Shown one piece after another: positions 25,986 to 43,570 of a stretch of DNA of 64,000 bases. The stretch comes from the human T2T-CHM13v2.0 reference genome, Homo sapiens. Where the stretch lies: NCBI RefSeq assembly GCF_009914755.1, contig NC_060926.1. One strand, written 5' to 3'. A program made the translations under genes and the position numbers. The notes below the pieces were generated by a model. It ran no database searches, was not told the DNA's origin, and worked only from the letters and a program-made list of their open reading frames with translations. How positions within the stretch are numbered: position 1 is the first letter of the stretch; each line of letters begins with the position of its first letter.

Positions 25986-27197
25986 TTGTTTTTCTGAATC
26001 CAGAACTCCTTTTCAATATGTTCCCTGTGTTGCACAGCATATATAAAACTGTATTTTTCTATTTCTAAAGGAATAACTACACATCACCAAAGTTTAGATG
26101 AGAAAACTGCTTGCTAGCATTTCAATGTACAATTAAGAGTGACAGTTTCATGTCTGAGGTCTTTTATAAATGTGATGTTTTCCCATTCAAAATTTAACGA
26201 AAGAAAATGGGCCTCTATGAAATTATGGCTGACAACAGCTGCCTCTGTTGAAAAGCATATGGGAAATACCCTTTGAGGATGCAAAAGTTAGAGGTGACTG
26301 ATTCTGTGACTAGTCTGTTGTTATTTTTAAATGAAAAGCATGAGCAATCTCAGAAATAAGAGAGCCAAAGTATCAGGCCTGGATTTGACAAGCCTGCCAA
26401 GACACACTTCAATATCTGTCTAAATATTTGGCCATAAAAAACACAAAGCACAGCCTTAATTAATTTATAAAAAAACAAATATTTGCTTTAGTCATCTCCT
26501 CTAGTGACAACAAGGTCTGATGTTACTTATGATGCTCTTAATATTAAATTCAAACATACGCAATAGGCATTCTATGGACATCTGTGGATACAATCAGGAC
26601 TACAAATATAACAAAAATTGAGGCCATGGACTTGTAGACAAGAAATTTAAATGTTTTTCTTATTTAAGTATCCTTATGCAAGTCACAACTTTCTAAGTAG
26701 CTATTTACTATTTCAAATAGTACAAATTTTCAAATAATTACATTAACTTCTATTAATTAGTGTTTTCTGTGTGTGAGGCATTCTTATGTCTTCTGTCACC
26801 TACTGGTGAAATCACTCTGACTATTACCTCTGTTTTATAAATGAAGTAACTGCAGTGAAATAACTTGCCCAAAGTCATATAGACAAAAAGTGATGGAGGA
26901 AATATTAAAACAACAACAAGATCGCTCTTATTCCCAAGATCAAAATCCCAATCCCTTTGAAGTATTTTTTCAAAAAGTGGTACCAATTACTTCCTTGGTT
27001 AAAGTACTATCCACGGCAAAATGGTCTAAAATTTTGATTTAAGAATAACATTCTCTTTCTAAGGTTTATTTATGAGAAAAATATTAGCTAAGAAAGAGTA
27101 ATTTCTCAAAAGTAACTGCAGCATGCTTCAGATATTTATAACTGCAAAATCTGCTTTAAAAGGTACTTTAAGTATCCTAAAAGTCTCAAAATCAGCA

Positions 27198-27238
27198 TTC
27201 TCTTAGGTGCCTTCTCTTAGGTGCCTTCTCTTAGATGC
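27198..27238. repeat. 14-bp unit triplication (ttctcttaggtgcc)x3
   Basis: Two perfect copies plus a third with one substitution. Confidence 0.92.
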
Positions 27239-27394
27239 TATCTGACCTTTTCAAACATACATAGAATCAAATGAGATTCTGTTCATAAATTAATAATGCA
27301 AATATAACCAAACAATCCTAACGTAAATGTATTTTTAAATTTGCACTTGACTTTTCTTCCTCAAAAAAGTCTTTAAGTCTCTATGCTTTCACCC

Positions 27395-27560
27395 TCATTC
27401 ATCCATCCATCCATCCACCCACCCATACATCTATTCATCCTTCCAGCCAATTATCTATTCTACAAATGTTTATTGTCCCCCTCTATTTGAGAAACATTGT
27501 TCAAGTTGCTGGAGACACAGTGGTGAGCAAAATAGACATGGTTCTTAATCTTACGGTGGT
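27395..27560 (-). mobile_element. L2 3' end with (CATC)n-type tail
   Basis: cattcatccatccatcc...caaatgtttattg...gctggagacacagtggtgagcaaaatagacatggttc. Confidence 0.65.
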
Positions 27561-28823
27561 TACTTCCTTTATCATCTCCAATCTTCGTCTAATGACAAGA
27601 TTGCCACTAAGAAAATGATGGCTTGCCAAGAAAGATTTACAATAACTTGCAAGTGAATGCCTGTATCTTTGTTTCTTTAAGAGTAAACCATTTGTTTTAA
27701 AATTTTATGCATTGAACATCTAATCTTATTATAAAGCTACCTCATTTTCTGGTCATACATTGGCACCTTCCATTTTGGAAAAAAAAATGCATTTTTCTTT
27801 TGACATAATTGTTACTTAGAGAGGCACTTTGTGCCTATGTTTGTGTGTTTGTCTTCAGGACTTTCAAGTAAACAACTTAATTATGAAACATTTTTCTCTA
27901 TGTTTCCCCTCTATAGGAATTTTACAGAGAAGCAATCATTATAGTACCTTCTAAGGCTGCATATAGATTACTTGCAAGGTATAAAATATATTGATTTTAA
28001 ATATCTTCTTAAAATATCACCTTTTTGCCTATTTTGGTGTCATTCATTCAGCAATCTGTACTTGTAGTATATTCAAAGCTATTCCTTGCTCTGGGGACAT
28101 GGAGATGTATAAAACATGACCTGGCCCCTTAGTAGTTTACAACCACTGTGAAAGACAAACATGGAAAGGAGCAAAGGAATAACACGTTTAAGATGCAACG
28201 ATGGAACCATGATTAAGATTCTGAATATTAGAAAGTAATGAAGACCATAATGGGGGTATCGACAGCACCCTGTGTGTACACAGGGGTGAAGTGGATACAT
28301 TTGCCTGAGGAATATTGGAGAAGGAAGTTGTAGGAACAGACAATTGCCTAAGTTCTGAAAGGTTGTTAAGTGTTCCACAGGGATTTAGCACCTAGATTGT
28401 GGTCTTAAATTATAGTTTTACACAAAGAGAAACCAGGAATTCTTGGAGAAATTTCATATTCTAGGTATGGGACAAGAAATAGATAAGATGAGCCTGAAAC
28501 ATCTTATCATAGCAGATAGTGAGGAAGCTATCAAAAACTACTAAGTTCATGTCAAAAGGGCTCAAGAACCAATTGGAAGAGACCCTTCCTGGCCAATGAT
28601 GAGGTAACTTAAATTTCAAAAATAATTACAACTGATTATAATCCATAAAATACATATAAACCTACGAGTTCATAATAATATTCAATGACATAAATTTCTC
28701 ATCTTTGGACAATAATAGAGGACCAATTCACTTTTTTGAAAATGTATGTAAAAGAAAATAAGCATTCATCCTTTTCCTTTATGAGTTGTAACACCAGGTA
28801 ACGAAATAACAGATGAAAGGTAG

Positions 28824-29137
28824 TGCCTTAGTCTGTTCGGTCTTCTATAGCAATTTACCACAGACTGGGTGATTCATAAATGCCAGAAATTTGTTACTCA
28901 CAATTTTGGAGGCTGGGAAGTCCAATATCAAGGTGTCAGCAAATTGAGTGTCTTGTGAGGACCCACTCCTTGAGGCCAGTGTCTTGCTATGTTTTCACAC
29001 AGCAGAAGGGGCAAGGGATCTCTCTAGGTTCTTTTTTATAGAGTCATTAATTCCATTCATGAGGAGTCTACTCTTATGACTTAATCATCTCCCAAAGGCC
29101 CCACCTCCAAATACCATCATGTTGGGGATTAGATATC
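28824..29137 (-). mobile_element. MLT1A/MST-like MaLR LTR (5' end truncated)
   Basis: tgccttagtctgttcgg...ggaggctgggaagtccaatatcaaggtg...cccaaaggccccacctccaaataccatca. Confidence 0.8.
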
Positions 29138-29199
29138 AGTCTGCATCAGGCACTATGTCTTGTAAGGTGTTCCAACGAATAAGTGAAAATAATTTTAAA

Positions 29200-29372
29200 A
29201 TAGTATGAACCAATTTTGATTCATTAATTGTAATAAATGTGTACCATAATAATGTAAGGTGTTAATAATAATAGGTGAAACTGAGCATAAGCTATATAAT
29301 AATGCTGTATTTTCTTCACAATTTTTCTGTGAACCTAAAACTTCCCTAAAAATAATATTTATTTTTAAAAAT
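29200..29372 (+). mobile_element. L1M 3'-terminal fragment
   Basis: aattgtaataaatgtgtacca...atgtaaggtgttaataata...caatttttctgtgaacctaaaact. Confidence 0.65.
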
Positions 29373-29474
29373 TGGAGCATTGCCACTCTGAAAGTCTTTA
29401 TGAATTAATGGTTCTAGATATTCAGCATCATTGGCTAGTAATTGCAAATGATATCACAATAATAGAGAAAAAAA

Positions 29475-29885
29475 TGATGGGAGACAGTTCTGCATTGTTC
29501 CTGCATTGGTGTGTACCAGCTTTTCTTCAGACTTATTTTTTTTTCCAAGAATGTTTGTATAGTAAGCAGCATTGGAATAGTAAGACAGTTTCTCCTTCCA
29601 GGGTGGAGGGCAGATTTGTTAGCAGCCCTTTTTATAAAAATGGAGTTTCATAAGCTCAGAGTTCTGCAACTGTGACACAAATCTCTTTTGATACAGTATC
29701 GACCTGTTTGTACTTTCCAATCACTTCCATGGGACTTGCCTCAGGGGCAATGGGAACCCATGTAAACATGAAGCTCATGCTGACTGCTGTGCCATTGAGT
29801 CTTGTGTCTTCTTCTAACACAAGTGACAGACTAACTTGTTAGCTTGCAAACACTCTAAAATCTCAGACATTTGACATTCTTGACA
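29475..29885 (+). mobile_element. LTR40-like (ERVL) solo LTR
   Basis: tgatgggagacagttct...gaatgtttgtatagtaagcagcattggaa...aaatctcagacatttgacattcttgaca; TG...CA ends. Confidence 0.7.
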
Positions 29886-30639
29886 ACAACAAGATATTAC
29901 GTGCCTCCCACTGAATGAACACACCACCACCTATGGTTTCATCAAAGAGACTGAATGTAAGTATTATAAAGTCTCTGGATCCAGCTGCCATTTGTTGGAA
30001 GTACAAAAGACAGAGAAACATGGTGAATTTGATCATGAATATGCAATTAACAAAACCTAGCCTTCAGAAAATTCTACAGAAAAATGTCCCAGGTGTTTGA
30101 ATAGGTAAATTATAAGAAGAGGGAAAAAAGGAGGAGGAGGAACTTATGTCACATGTCTTAAAGGAAATTTGGAAAAAATACTTTAAAAGCAAGTTATAGT
30201 GTCCAGGGATGCATACTTGGGTGATAAAACTATAAAGACATACAAGAAAGCAATTTCTATACAAGTAAGAATGGTGGTTACTTTTGGGGAGAAAAGCATT
30301 TGAGATTGGGATAGGGCACATAGTGGGGTTTCTGGGGTGGGTAGCAAAGCTCTATTTCTTGATGTAGATTGACAGTTACAAAGGAGTATGCCTTTTCCAA
30401 ACTACTTAAGCTATGTATTCATTTTGTGAAGTTTTCAATATTTGTATAATGTTTGCTTATATGTTTGCTTATGAAAGTATAAAAATAAGCCATCAAGTGG
30501 AAAAAATAAGAAAAGATATAAAAATGTCCCTTGCCTTTTCACATCTCTCCAATTGATATATGAAATCAGAAACCAAACAATTTCATATGCATAGTGTTCC
30601 TTGCTATCAAATTCTCTCTATTCATATGCAGGAACTGAA

Positions 30640-31135
30640 TATGTTAGTAAGAAACATTTGCACAATTTAGGCAGAGAGAATAATATGTCTAATGTCAAAG
30701 TGTCTTGAGAGAGCCTAGTGTTGTTCACAGGTCTAAGACTGCTGAATGGAAAATGAGTCAGGGAGGAGAGGGACTTGATTGGAAAAAGTTAATGTAGGAG
30801 TCTATAATTTTACACCAGGCAATGGGGAATTAGTGGCACTGTATACAGAGAATTTAGGCTTTGATTTATTTTGTAGAATTATGTTCTTAGTTGCAGGGTA
30901 AAAATGGAGTAGGTTGGTGAGAAGCTGGTGGAGAGAGAAAAGTTAGAAACTTGTTGCCAGGCAAGAGATGCGGAAGGCAGTGAATACAAATTAGATGGCT
31001 CTAAGATCCAAGCCATCTTTTTGAGGTGGAATACAAAAATACTTCATGACTTACTGGATGTGGGAATTGAGGAAGAACAAGCAACAAGAAATGACTGAGG
31101 TTTTTAGCTTGGGAGACTTGGTTGATGGCGCTTTA
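30640..31135 (-). mobile_element. L2 fragment
   Basis: Purine-rich; actggatgtggga...aaatgactgaggtttttagcttggg. Confidence 0.55.
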
Positions 31136-31411
31136 AAAAAACCAGTATAAGGAACAAGTCTGTGGAATTTTCCCAAGTACTATATGAACTTTCGGTTATC
31201 TGATGTTAAACTAACACCTTCTTTTTTACAAATTCTTTTAAATGACATTAATATCTGTATATCTGTTAAATATGGATAGCAGGTACATGTACCTAATATG
31301 TTTTTCTGTGTGCTTAATATGTTTTTAATCTTCAAATAAATTATGTTAGCACCTGTGATTTCATATATCTTGATGGGTGTCAGGTTATAATATTGTTCAC
31401 ATAGGTCCAAA

Positions 31412-31640
31412 ACAGTGGTTCTCAACTGGGGTGTTTTGCTTTCCAGAAGACATCTGGCAATGTCTGGAGATATTTGTGGTTGTCATCTTTGGTGAGGGGT
31501 GGAGGGTGATACTGGCATCTAGTGGGTAGACATCTGGGTTGCTGGTAGACATCATACATGCACCAGACAGCCCTTTCTTCCCACCTCCCACACCCACCAC
31601 TAGGCAAAGAATAATCAAGTCCAAAATGTCAAGGTTGATT
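31412..31640 (+). mobile_element. MER20 hAT-Charlie DNA transposon
   Basis: cagtggttctcaactgggg...gacatctggcaatgtctggagatattt...actggcatctagtgggtaga...ccaaaatgtcaa. Confidence 0.88.
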
Positions 31641-34219
31641 GACTTATTAATTTGAGGCAACTGTTTAATTTTATAGCTTGTAGAGTTGCCTTAGTGGTTT
31701 TCTAAAAGTAATAAAAACAGTGCCTGCTAGTATACCATCAATACAATCCATAAAATATGTATACATTATGAGGAAAATTTAAATTAATATTCTTGTATTA
31801 ATATATATTTTTCTAACCTGAATTTATTATTGCACATATTACTGGATGGACAGTGGATGGATAGATAAATAAATATCTATTTATAAGGGTAAATAGGCCT
31901 CTCTCCCTCTCTTTCCTCTTTTCTCTTTCTCTCTGTTTCTCTCTCCATTGTAACCTAATTTTGCAGTAGCAAAATTTTCTATGTTGATTTGATTTTTTTT
32001 CATTCACTGTTTAAAAGCTTGCCTAATACAACTTGGGGATATTAAGGCTAAGTTGTTCTATTTATAAGCAAATTTATAAACAAACAAAGTCAGTCATTTC
32101 CTTTATAGGCATAATTCTTCTTTAATCTCTGAGAAAGTATCTTTTGTTTGAAAGAAAGGTTATGTTTTATAGTCTCCAACCTGTACCCAGTAACCAAACT
32201 ATTTTAAACATAAAAAATAACAATGTCTCACAGGGAGGAACAAATGAAAAAATGAATAGTCTCTTTGCAACTTGTTACAGGTACAGTAGACAAATGCTTG
32301 TGATGAACTCTTTAGTTATTGTATTCCCTGAAAGGAAACTGGACAAAGACACATGGTATTTCTCTCTCCTGAGTCAACTTCATCACCTTTCTCTTGGGAA
32401 GGGATTTATCAATCATACTAGACTTCAGCAGTGGTTAACAACATTGGATTACACTCCCAGCGGTGAGGTACTAGGTTCATGGTATGCTCATTAACACAAG
32501 TGACATCAATATCCCCTCCTCTTCTGGAGAATGAATGGGGATATTGACTTCTCATTCCAATCCTCTTCATCAACATCATCACAGCACTGGTATTTTATAT
32601 GCATACTGCAGTTTACAAAGCCATTTCATATAAATATCACATTTAACCTCCAATCACCATTTTCTGAAGCAATTTGCTAACTTTCAACAGATGTTTTTTC
32701 GGAATTACGTTAAACTAGAAAATGTATTGTGGTTTTAAGTTCATGAACTACAAGAATATTCAAAAGGAACTGATGTTAATAAAAATAATGACATAGGTGA
32801 CATTTCATTTAACACTCTTGAATTTCACTACGGAATAAACTTTCACCTCTCTTGTCTAGAACTTGTTCTCTTAATCCTCCATTAATTTCCTTAAGCAGGT
32901 TCCAGTACTAAAATCTGATATAATCTCTACTAGCTGACACACAGAAATAAAACTTAAAAAATAATTCATGCTAAGGTCTATTTAGCTGACACAGTTACCT
33001 CAAATCCCTGTTAGAAAGTGTTAGTGTACAAAAAGATAGATAAAACAAATTAGGTCATGGGGATTAAGATTCTACAGGACATTTTTCTACTACTCAAATA
33101 AATTTCTGCTACTGTAATTGAAAACACTAGAAATACTATTTTTTTACTATCATTATTACCACTCTTAGAACATTACTTTTATGAATACCTACTATATAGG
33201 TGGCACTGTGCTCACTGTTCTTTTTTACTTAGAATATAAAATTTAATGTTATTATTTCCATGTTACCTTTTAAAAAATGCCTAATTTGATTTGTTCAACT
33301 ATAGGACAGTTCCTCCACACAGACTATTACCTATACGGCACAAACACAAGGCCTTTGTTGATACATGATTACCTAATTTGTATAACTAATTGCCTCTGCA
33401 ATACCATGAAATAATGTGTTGACAGCGTCGTATCATGAAAAGAGGAAAAAATAAGAAGGACAGCATGTGAAAGAGCTTTGTGCTTCAAGGGTAATACTGA
33501 AAATATTATGCTTTTTGATATTAGACCAATATTCTCAGTATGTTACTGAAAAATATCTTCTACAGAACTTAGGAAATGTGTAAAAGTAAATATTCATTTG
33601 ATAAATGGAAATAGTTTAAATCACTGACAATAATTTTAATAAAACATGAATGTAAAAGATCAATATAATCTATATTCATTTTTTAAATTATCATAAACAT
33701 ATAAATATGCCATCTTCATAAAAGATTTGCCTGATATAGTCACATTTGAATAAATGCTCTAGTGTTGAAAGATGCTTGCCTAAGTAACATCTCCACTTTC
33801 TTCTATTTTACTTCAAAGACCGGAGTACAAGTAAACCAACTAAAATTAACCAAGTTGTTATATACACAATTTTTTTATGTGCTAAGGTAATTCAAAGCAG
33901 AAAATGAAAGTAGTTGATACTATTTCCAGAGGAAACTAGAAAAATAAAATAAAATAAAATAGTAAAACAGAATTTGAGATTCTGAATAATTGATCTAACA
34001 TTGACTTGAAAAGAAAATCCTTCTCACAGAACATATTTTATAATTAAGAAGGCCATTGATTTCTATATATTTCTATAAACTTAAAGTTATATAATGCTTT
34101 ACCTTTATTTATATATGAAAGCCATAAAATACACTTGTACTAAAAGAGGAAAGGGCAAAGCATATTTATCTTTATCACATTTGAGAAATGTATGTCAATT
34201 TTTAAAAATATTTCAATAT

Positions 34220-34829
<610 letters not shown>

Positions 34830-37800
34830 TTAAATTTGTTTAAACCCTAAAATGAAAAAGATTAACTATCTCTCTTAGCAACAGGAAGCTAAATGATTTT
34901 TCTAATGTTAGAAAACACTCTACTTTATACTGGTGTTTATATACCATTACATGTTTATTTTTAAGTCTATATATTTTAAGTATTATATTAATCTTTTTGA
35001 AAATGCTACTTGGAAAACCAATACCCTGTAGTTCTCTAGAGGCAGTATAGCCTTTAGAACACATTTTACTCAATTTCCTCTGAACTTTATTACATTATTA
35101 TAGAAAAGACAGATCAAATGAATGCCCATGGAGATAAGGTAAATTTTAGTGTCATTACTACCCAAGTTGTGTATAATTTTATCTACTTCACACAATAGGT
35201 CAGGAGCTTCAGGTGAGAGAATATGTATCTCTTTTTTATAATGGCAATGTCCTCTACAGTGCCTAACGTTATACTTTATATATAATGTGGTAATTATTAA
35301 ATATTTATTAAATTGCATTAAATGGGCTGAAGATCCCATTTATAATCCTGAACCTCTTACACTTAGCGTACTTAAATGACAAATGCCTGAATGTTTTTTT
35401 CTGAGTGAATTCTACACAGAAACAATTGCTCAAAATCTTACCTTTGTTGAATTTGTTCAAAATAGAATACTCCATTCCCTCATTTCCTCATTCAGTAAGT
35501 ATTTAACGAATGCTTGCTAAGTGCCAGGTTTGGGCTATATTTGGGGAATATCTAAATGAATAAAACCAAAAATCTCTCTAAAACCTTGATATGTAATAGG
35601 GAACTGCAATTAGTATTTAAGAGGCTTTACTTAAGATAGAAAATGTTATGTAAATTTCATGGAAAATGGTAAAAATAAACAATTTTGAGAATTTTTAGGT
35701 GACATATTTCAGCAAATTATGATGCAATCAGAGAAAACTTAGGTATTTTCATTTCCAATCTTTTAATTATCATTGGTAAGTGTGGTGGATAAAATGAAGA
35801 GTTACTCAAGGATTAGCAACATCTTAAAACTTACGAGAAATGGCCCCAAGAATGATGACTTTAATAAAAATCCAACAGTAAACAACACCCTGTGAAAGGA
35901 CCAAAATTAGATTCACTAATAAAGAATTACATAGAATATATATGCAGGTTATTTTGAAGATTATAATAACCATACAATGCAATGGTATCAAGCATCAACG
36001 TGAAGGGTCAAGAGGAACCTAAGTTGGCATAATCTAGAATTCAGTTATATTGTTTTTTCATTGAATTATAACATATAATCTTATTAATTTATTCATTAGT
36101 TAAAATTCTGCAGGTAATCATTACACATAGTATATATTATTTTATATCCTTTTTGAACAGTATGCCAAGTTAACAGTACTTAAGTTAATCATTTAGAATA
36201 CGATTATGTCTTTTCTCTGTGGGGATGTTAACTGTATAAAACAAGGTAGAATCTAGCAAAGTATCAAACAATTTTTATTGAAACTGCATTTAGACTACAT
36301 AGATATATTTAGTAACATTAATTACATTTTTAAGATTCATATCTTCTATGTAGAATATTCATATTAACTTACATACTAAAGTAATGTAATAAACTTTTCA
36401 AACTACTTTAAAAAGCCATTTTCTTGGGCTTTTCCCTTCAAACTGAACATTCTTTCACTTTTTTCATCTCACAAACTTGTGATTCCAAACTCTTTAGGCA
36501 TCATTGGTTTTTCAGATGTACAGCACAAGCTTCAATAAAAACACCCTCAAGTTTTAACCATGAATGGTTTAGGGGCATAGTTCATGAAAATCATTTTTCT
36601 TGTTCTGGATAGTGAAGCAAATGAAGCATCATTTCAAGAATTGCTTGGCCAGTTTCCAAATATTCTACAATGAGAAATATTAAGAGCATATGTTTTAATG
36701 CAGATTTCAGCTGTGACCAAATAGGACATGATTAAGATAAAGGCATTTTTAATGAATCAAAGCAGAATATGAAATACATAAAACAGAGATTGTCTCAGAC
36801 TACTTCACCCTATCAGTTTCTTATTGCTTTAACAACTATTATTTAATCCAATTGTTGCAGATATATTTTATTTATTGCTCTGTTCTCTTTTTATTCATAT
36901 GTACTGAAAATTGCAAAGCATAAACTGAAAATGACCATTGGCTTGGATAAAGTCATAAAGTCATAAGGGAATTCTATGTTTCCAGATCACAATACCTATT
37001 AAAGTAAGTAAAATGAGTCACTTCTTACATTATGCATTTTCTTCTTTTTTATTTCAGCCATATTTTTATTGGGGACGGGTTACATTTATGTACCAGTGCA
37101 TAAGTAGACAATGATGCTTGGTGACTATATCCTTTTTATTTTCTACCCTCTTTTCTCCTGCCCTTGCTCTCTTCAATTTGCAAAAGAAATATCATTACAA
37201 CCCATTGAAGGACCTATTCAAATTGAACCCAAATTCAAATTAGTAATGTACATTTTCTGAAAAATGAAAGAATTTAAGATTAAGTTTTACTTTTTTGCCA
37301 CATTAGTTACATAACAAATAGAGAATAAGCATTAAAAACCACAGGACACAAAATTCTTGAATCAAAACAGAGATGCAGAGAAGCTTTATATCTAAGTCAT
37401 ACTGAAGGTAGAAAGTAAAATAAACATGAGCATTTTTAAAGTGTATAAAAGCATACCCCCTTTAGGAAAGCAGTGACAAAAGTTAAGACAACTGCAAATG
37501 ACACCAGTAACTCCAATAAAGGAAAAAAAGAGACATTATATGCCGAGTTGGATGCACAGAAGGGTCTGAGCAATGTTAGGAAAACAGGATCCATTCAGAG
37601 TTGAATAGACATATCTCTTTGCTGAAAAAACGTTCCAAGTTCTTCAATGAGAAAAGCCTGAAACACTGTACATAATCTATGGTTTATCATATGTAATAAT
37701 ATTTATGCTAATTGTATAGTGAACTACATATACACACTTTTTTTCTTACAAGAATGGATTAGGTCTTTCTCCACATAATTTATGCTTTACCGTATTTATA

Positions 37801-38006
37801 AAGTTGAGAGTTGCAGAAGCTCTTTAAGTGTGGTTGAAGATGAACATCTGAATTGAATACTAAAGCAGTTCTTACCCTATTACCCAGCATGGCTTTAAGG
37901 CTGGGAAGGGTGCTCTTTATGCACAGTTTAAGGGCATTGCTTAATTAGACTTCTCTCTGGATAAGTTTCAAATTTTTTATTTGCATTTTAAAAAACCATA
38001 AAATAG

Positions 38007-39577
38007 GTATTTCTGTGGGGTCAGTGGTAATATTCCCATTGTCATTTTTTACTGTGTTTATTTGAATTTTCTCTTTTTCTCTTTATTAGTCTAGCTAGTG
38101 GTCTATTTATTAATTTTTTTCAAAAAAACAGCTCCTGGATTCATTGATTTTATGAATGTTTTTCATGTCTCTCTCCTCCAGTTCAGTTCTGATGCTGGTT
38201 ATTTCTTGTCTTCTGCTAGCTTTGGCATTTCTTTGCTCTTGGTTCTCTAATTCTTTTAGTTGTGATATTATGTTGTTATAATAACTTCAGATCTTTCTAA
38301 CTTTTTGATGTGGTCATTTAGTGCTACAAATTTCCCTCTTAACACTTCCTTAGCTGTGTCCCAGACATTGTGGGACATGGTATCTTTGTTCTCATTAGTT
38401 TCAAAAACTTCTTGAATTCTGCATAATTTTATTGTTTATCATGTCATTCAGGAGCAGGTTATTCAATTTCCACATAATTGTATAATTTTGAGTGAATTTC
38501 TTAGTCTAAATTTCAAATTTGATTGTGCTGTGGTACAAGAGACTGTCATGATTTCAGTTCTTTTGCATTTACTGAGGAGTGTTTTACTTTTGATTGTGTA
38601 ATCAATTTTAGAGTAATTGCCATGTGGCAATGAGAAGAATGTATATTCTGTTGTTTTGTGGTGGAGAGTTCTATAGATATCTATCAGGCCCATTCAATTA
38701 AGTGCTAAGTTCAGGTCCTGAATATCTTAATTTTCTGTCTTGATGATCTAATATTGTCAGTGAGGTGTTAAAGTCTCCCACTATTATTGTGTGGGAATGT
38801 AAGTCTCTTCAAAGGTCTCTAAACTTGCTTTATGAATCTAGGTGCTCCTGTGTGGGAAGTATATAGATTTACAATAGTTAGATCTTCTTGCTGAATTGAA
38901 TTTTTTACCACTATGTAATGACCTTCTTTGTCTTTTTTTGATCTTTGTTGGTTTGAAGTCTGTTTTGGTAAAAATTAGAATTGCAACCCCTGCCTTTTTT
39001 CTGTTTTCCATTTGCCTGGAAGATTTTCTTCCATCCCTTTATTTTGAGCCTATGTGTGTCATAGCATGTGAGATGGGTCTCTTAGAGGCAGCATACCAAT
39101 GGGTCTTGGTTCCTTATCCAGATTGCCATTCTGTGTCATTTAATTGGGGCATTTAGCCTATTTACATTTAAGGTTACTATTGATATGTGTGGATTTGCTC
39201 TTGTCATCATGTTTAGCTGGTTATTGTGCAGACTTGTTTATGTGGTTGCTTTACAGCATCACTGGTCTGTGTACTTCAGTGTGTTTCTGTAGTGGCTACT
39301 AACAACCTTTCCTTTTCATATTCAGTGCTTCCTTGAGGAGCTCTTGCAAGGCAGGTCTGGTGGTAACAAATTCCCTCAGCATTTGCTTGTCTGAAAAGGA
39401 TCTTATTTCTCTTTTGCTTATGAAGCTTAGTTTGGTCATATATGAAATTCTGGGTTATAATTTCTTTTATTTAAGAATGCTGAATGTTGGCTCCTAATCT
39501 CTTCTGGCATAGAGAATTTCAGCTGAGAGCTCTGCAGTTAGTCTGACTGGCTTCCCTTGGTAGTTGATGTGGCCTTT
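38007..39577 (-). mobile_element. Inverted 5' segment of an L1PA (ORF1 3' part plus ORF2 endonuclease region), decayed
   Basis: Antisense L1; ORF 38463-38693 LIDIYRTLH..TEYTFFS.PHG.YSKID is the L1 ORF2 endonuclease motif. Confidence 0.92.
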
Positions 39578-42520
<2,943 letters not shown>

Positions 42521-42896
42521 GCTTTTTTTTTAAATCATAAAATTTGAGCTTTTATTGTCAGTGTCTCTTTATCTTCATAATTCCAGTGCTTAAGATAGTT
42601 TTAGAGTAACGGTAAAAACTCCATGCACATGTAAAGGAAGCAAGAAAGAAAGAAGGGAAGGATGGAAGAAGGGAGGAGGTGACATGGAAGAATAAAAGAA
42701 AAGAGCATGGTGGAATAACCCTGAGCTCCTTCCTAAAACCCTCAGTTGTGGTTCAAATTGTGTCAATTAGCCATATAACCTGGGTAAATTATCCAAACCT
42801 TCTTAGTCTTTCATCTCTAAAGTGGAGGAAGTCTTGGAGTCCACAGCATCTCCAAGACTCCTTCCAGTTTTAACTCTACTGTAAGAAATCTTTATT

Positions 42897-43062
42897 GGCC
42901 AGGAGCAATGGCTCACACCTCTACTCCATATACTTTGGGAGGCTGAGGTGGGAGCATCTCTGGAGCCCTGGAGGCAGAGGCTGCAGTGAGCCAAGGTCTA
43001 AGATTGTTCCACTGCAGTCCCACATGGGCGACAAAGTGAAACACTGTCTCAAAAAAGAAGAA
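42897..43062 (+). mobile_element. Monomeric Alu (FRAM/FAM-like)
   Basis: Single arm ggccaggagcaatggctcac...gaggctgcagtgagcc...ctgtctcaaaaaag. Confidence 0.8.
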
Positions 43063-43280
43063 AAGAAATTTTTCTCATCATAGAAAAATAACCATAGTAG
43101 TTTAATGTTTGCTCATCTAAATAATATTTTAATCATGCAGAATATAAATATTCAATCACTGTTGAAATACATGCATTCATGGGATCCCTCATAAGAAACT
43201 AATATAACCAGATTTAATTTTTAAAAAATATTCTTCATAATGCTCATTAAACTTGAATCAAGAAATATTATATCCATCAC

Positions 43281-43570
43281 TTTTTTTTTTGAGACAGAGC
43301 CTTGCTCTGTCACTCAGGCTGGACTGCAGTGGCACAATCGCAGCCCACTGCAGCCTCAAAGTCCTGGCTCAAGTGATCATCCCACCTCAGTCTCCTGAGT
43401 AGCTGGGACTACAAGTACACTAACATACCTGCCTAATTTTTGTATCTTTTTGTAGATATGAGCTTTTGCCTTGTTGCTCAAGACAATCTTGAACTCCTGG
43501 GCTCAAGGGAGCTATCCGCCTCCACCGCCCAAAGTACTAGGATTACAGCCATGAGCCACCACCGTGGCTC
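43281..43570 (-). mobile_element. AluJ SINE
   Basis: tttgagacagagccttgctctgtc...cactgcagcctc...ggattacagccatgagccacc. Confidence 0.9.

Larger units (their letters stand above)
28400..30480 (+). mobile_element. Old L1M (L1MC-like) 3' region fragmented by nested insertions
   Basis: aaccaggaattcttggagaaat...gataagatgagcctgaaacatctt; gtccagggatgcatacttgggtgataaaactataaag...gaatggtggttactttt. Confidence 0.6.
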
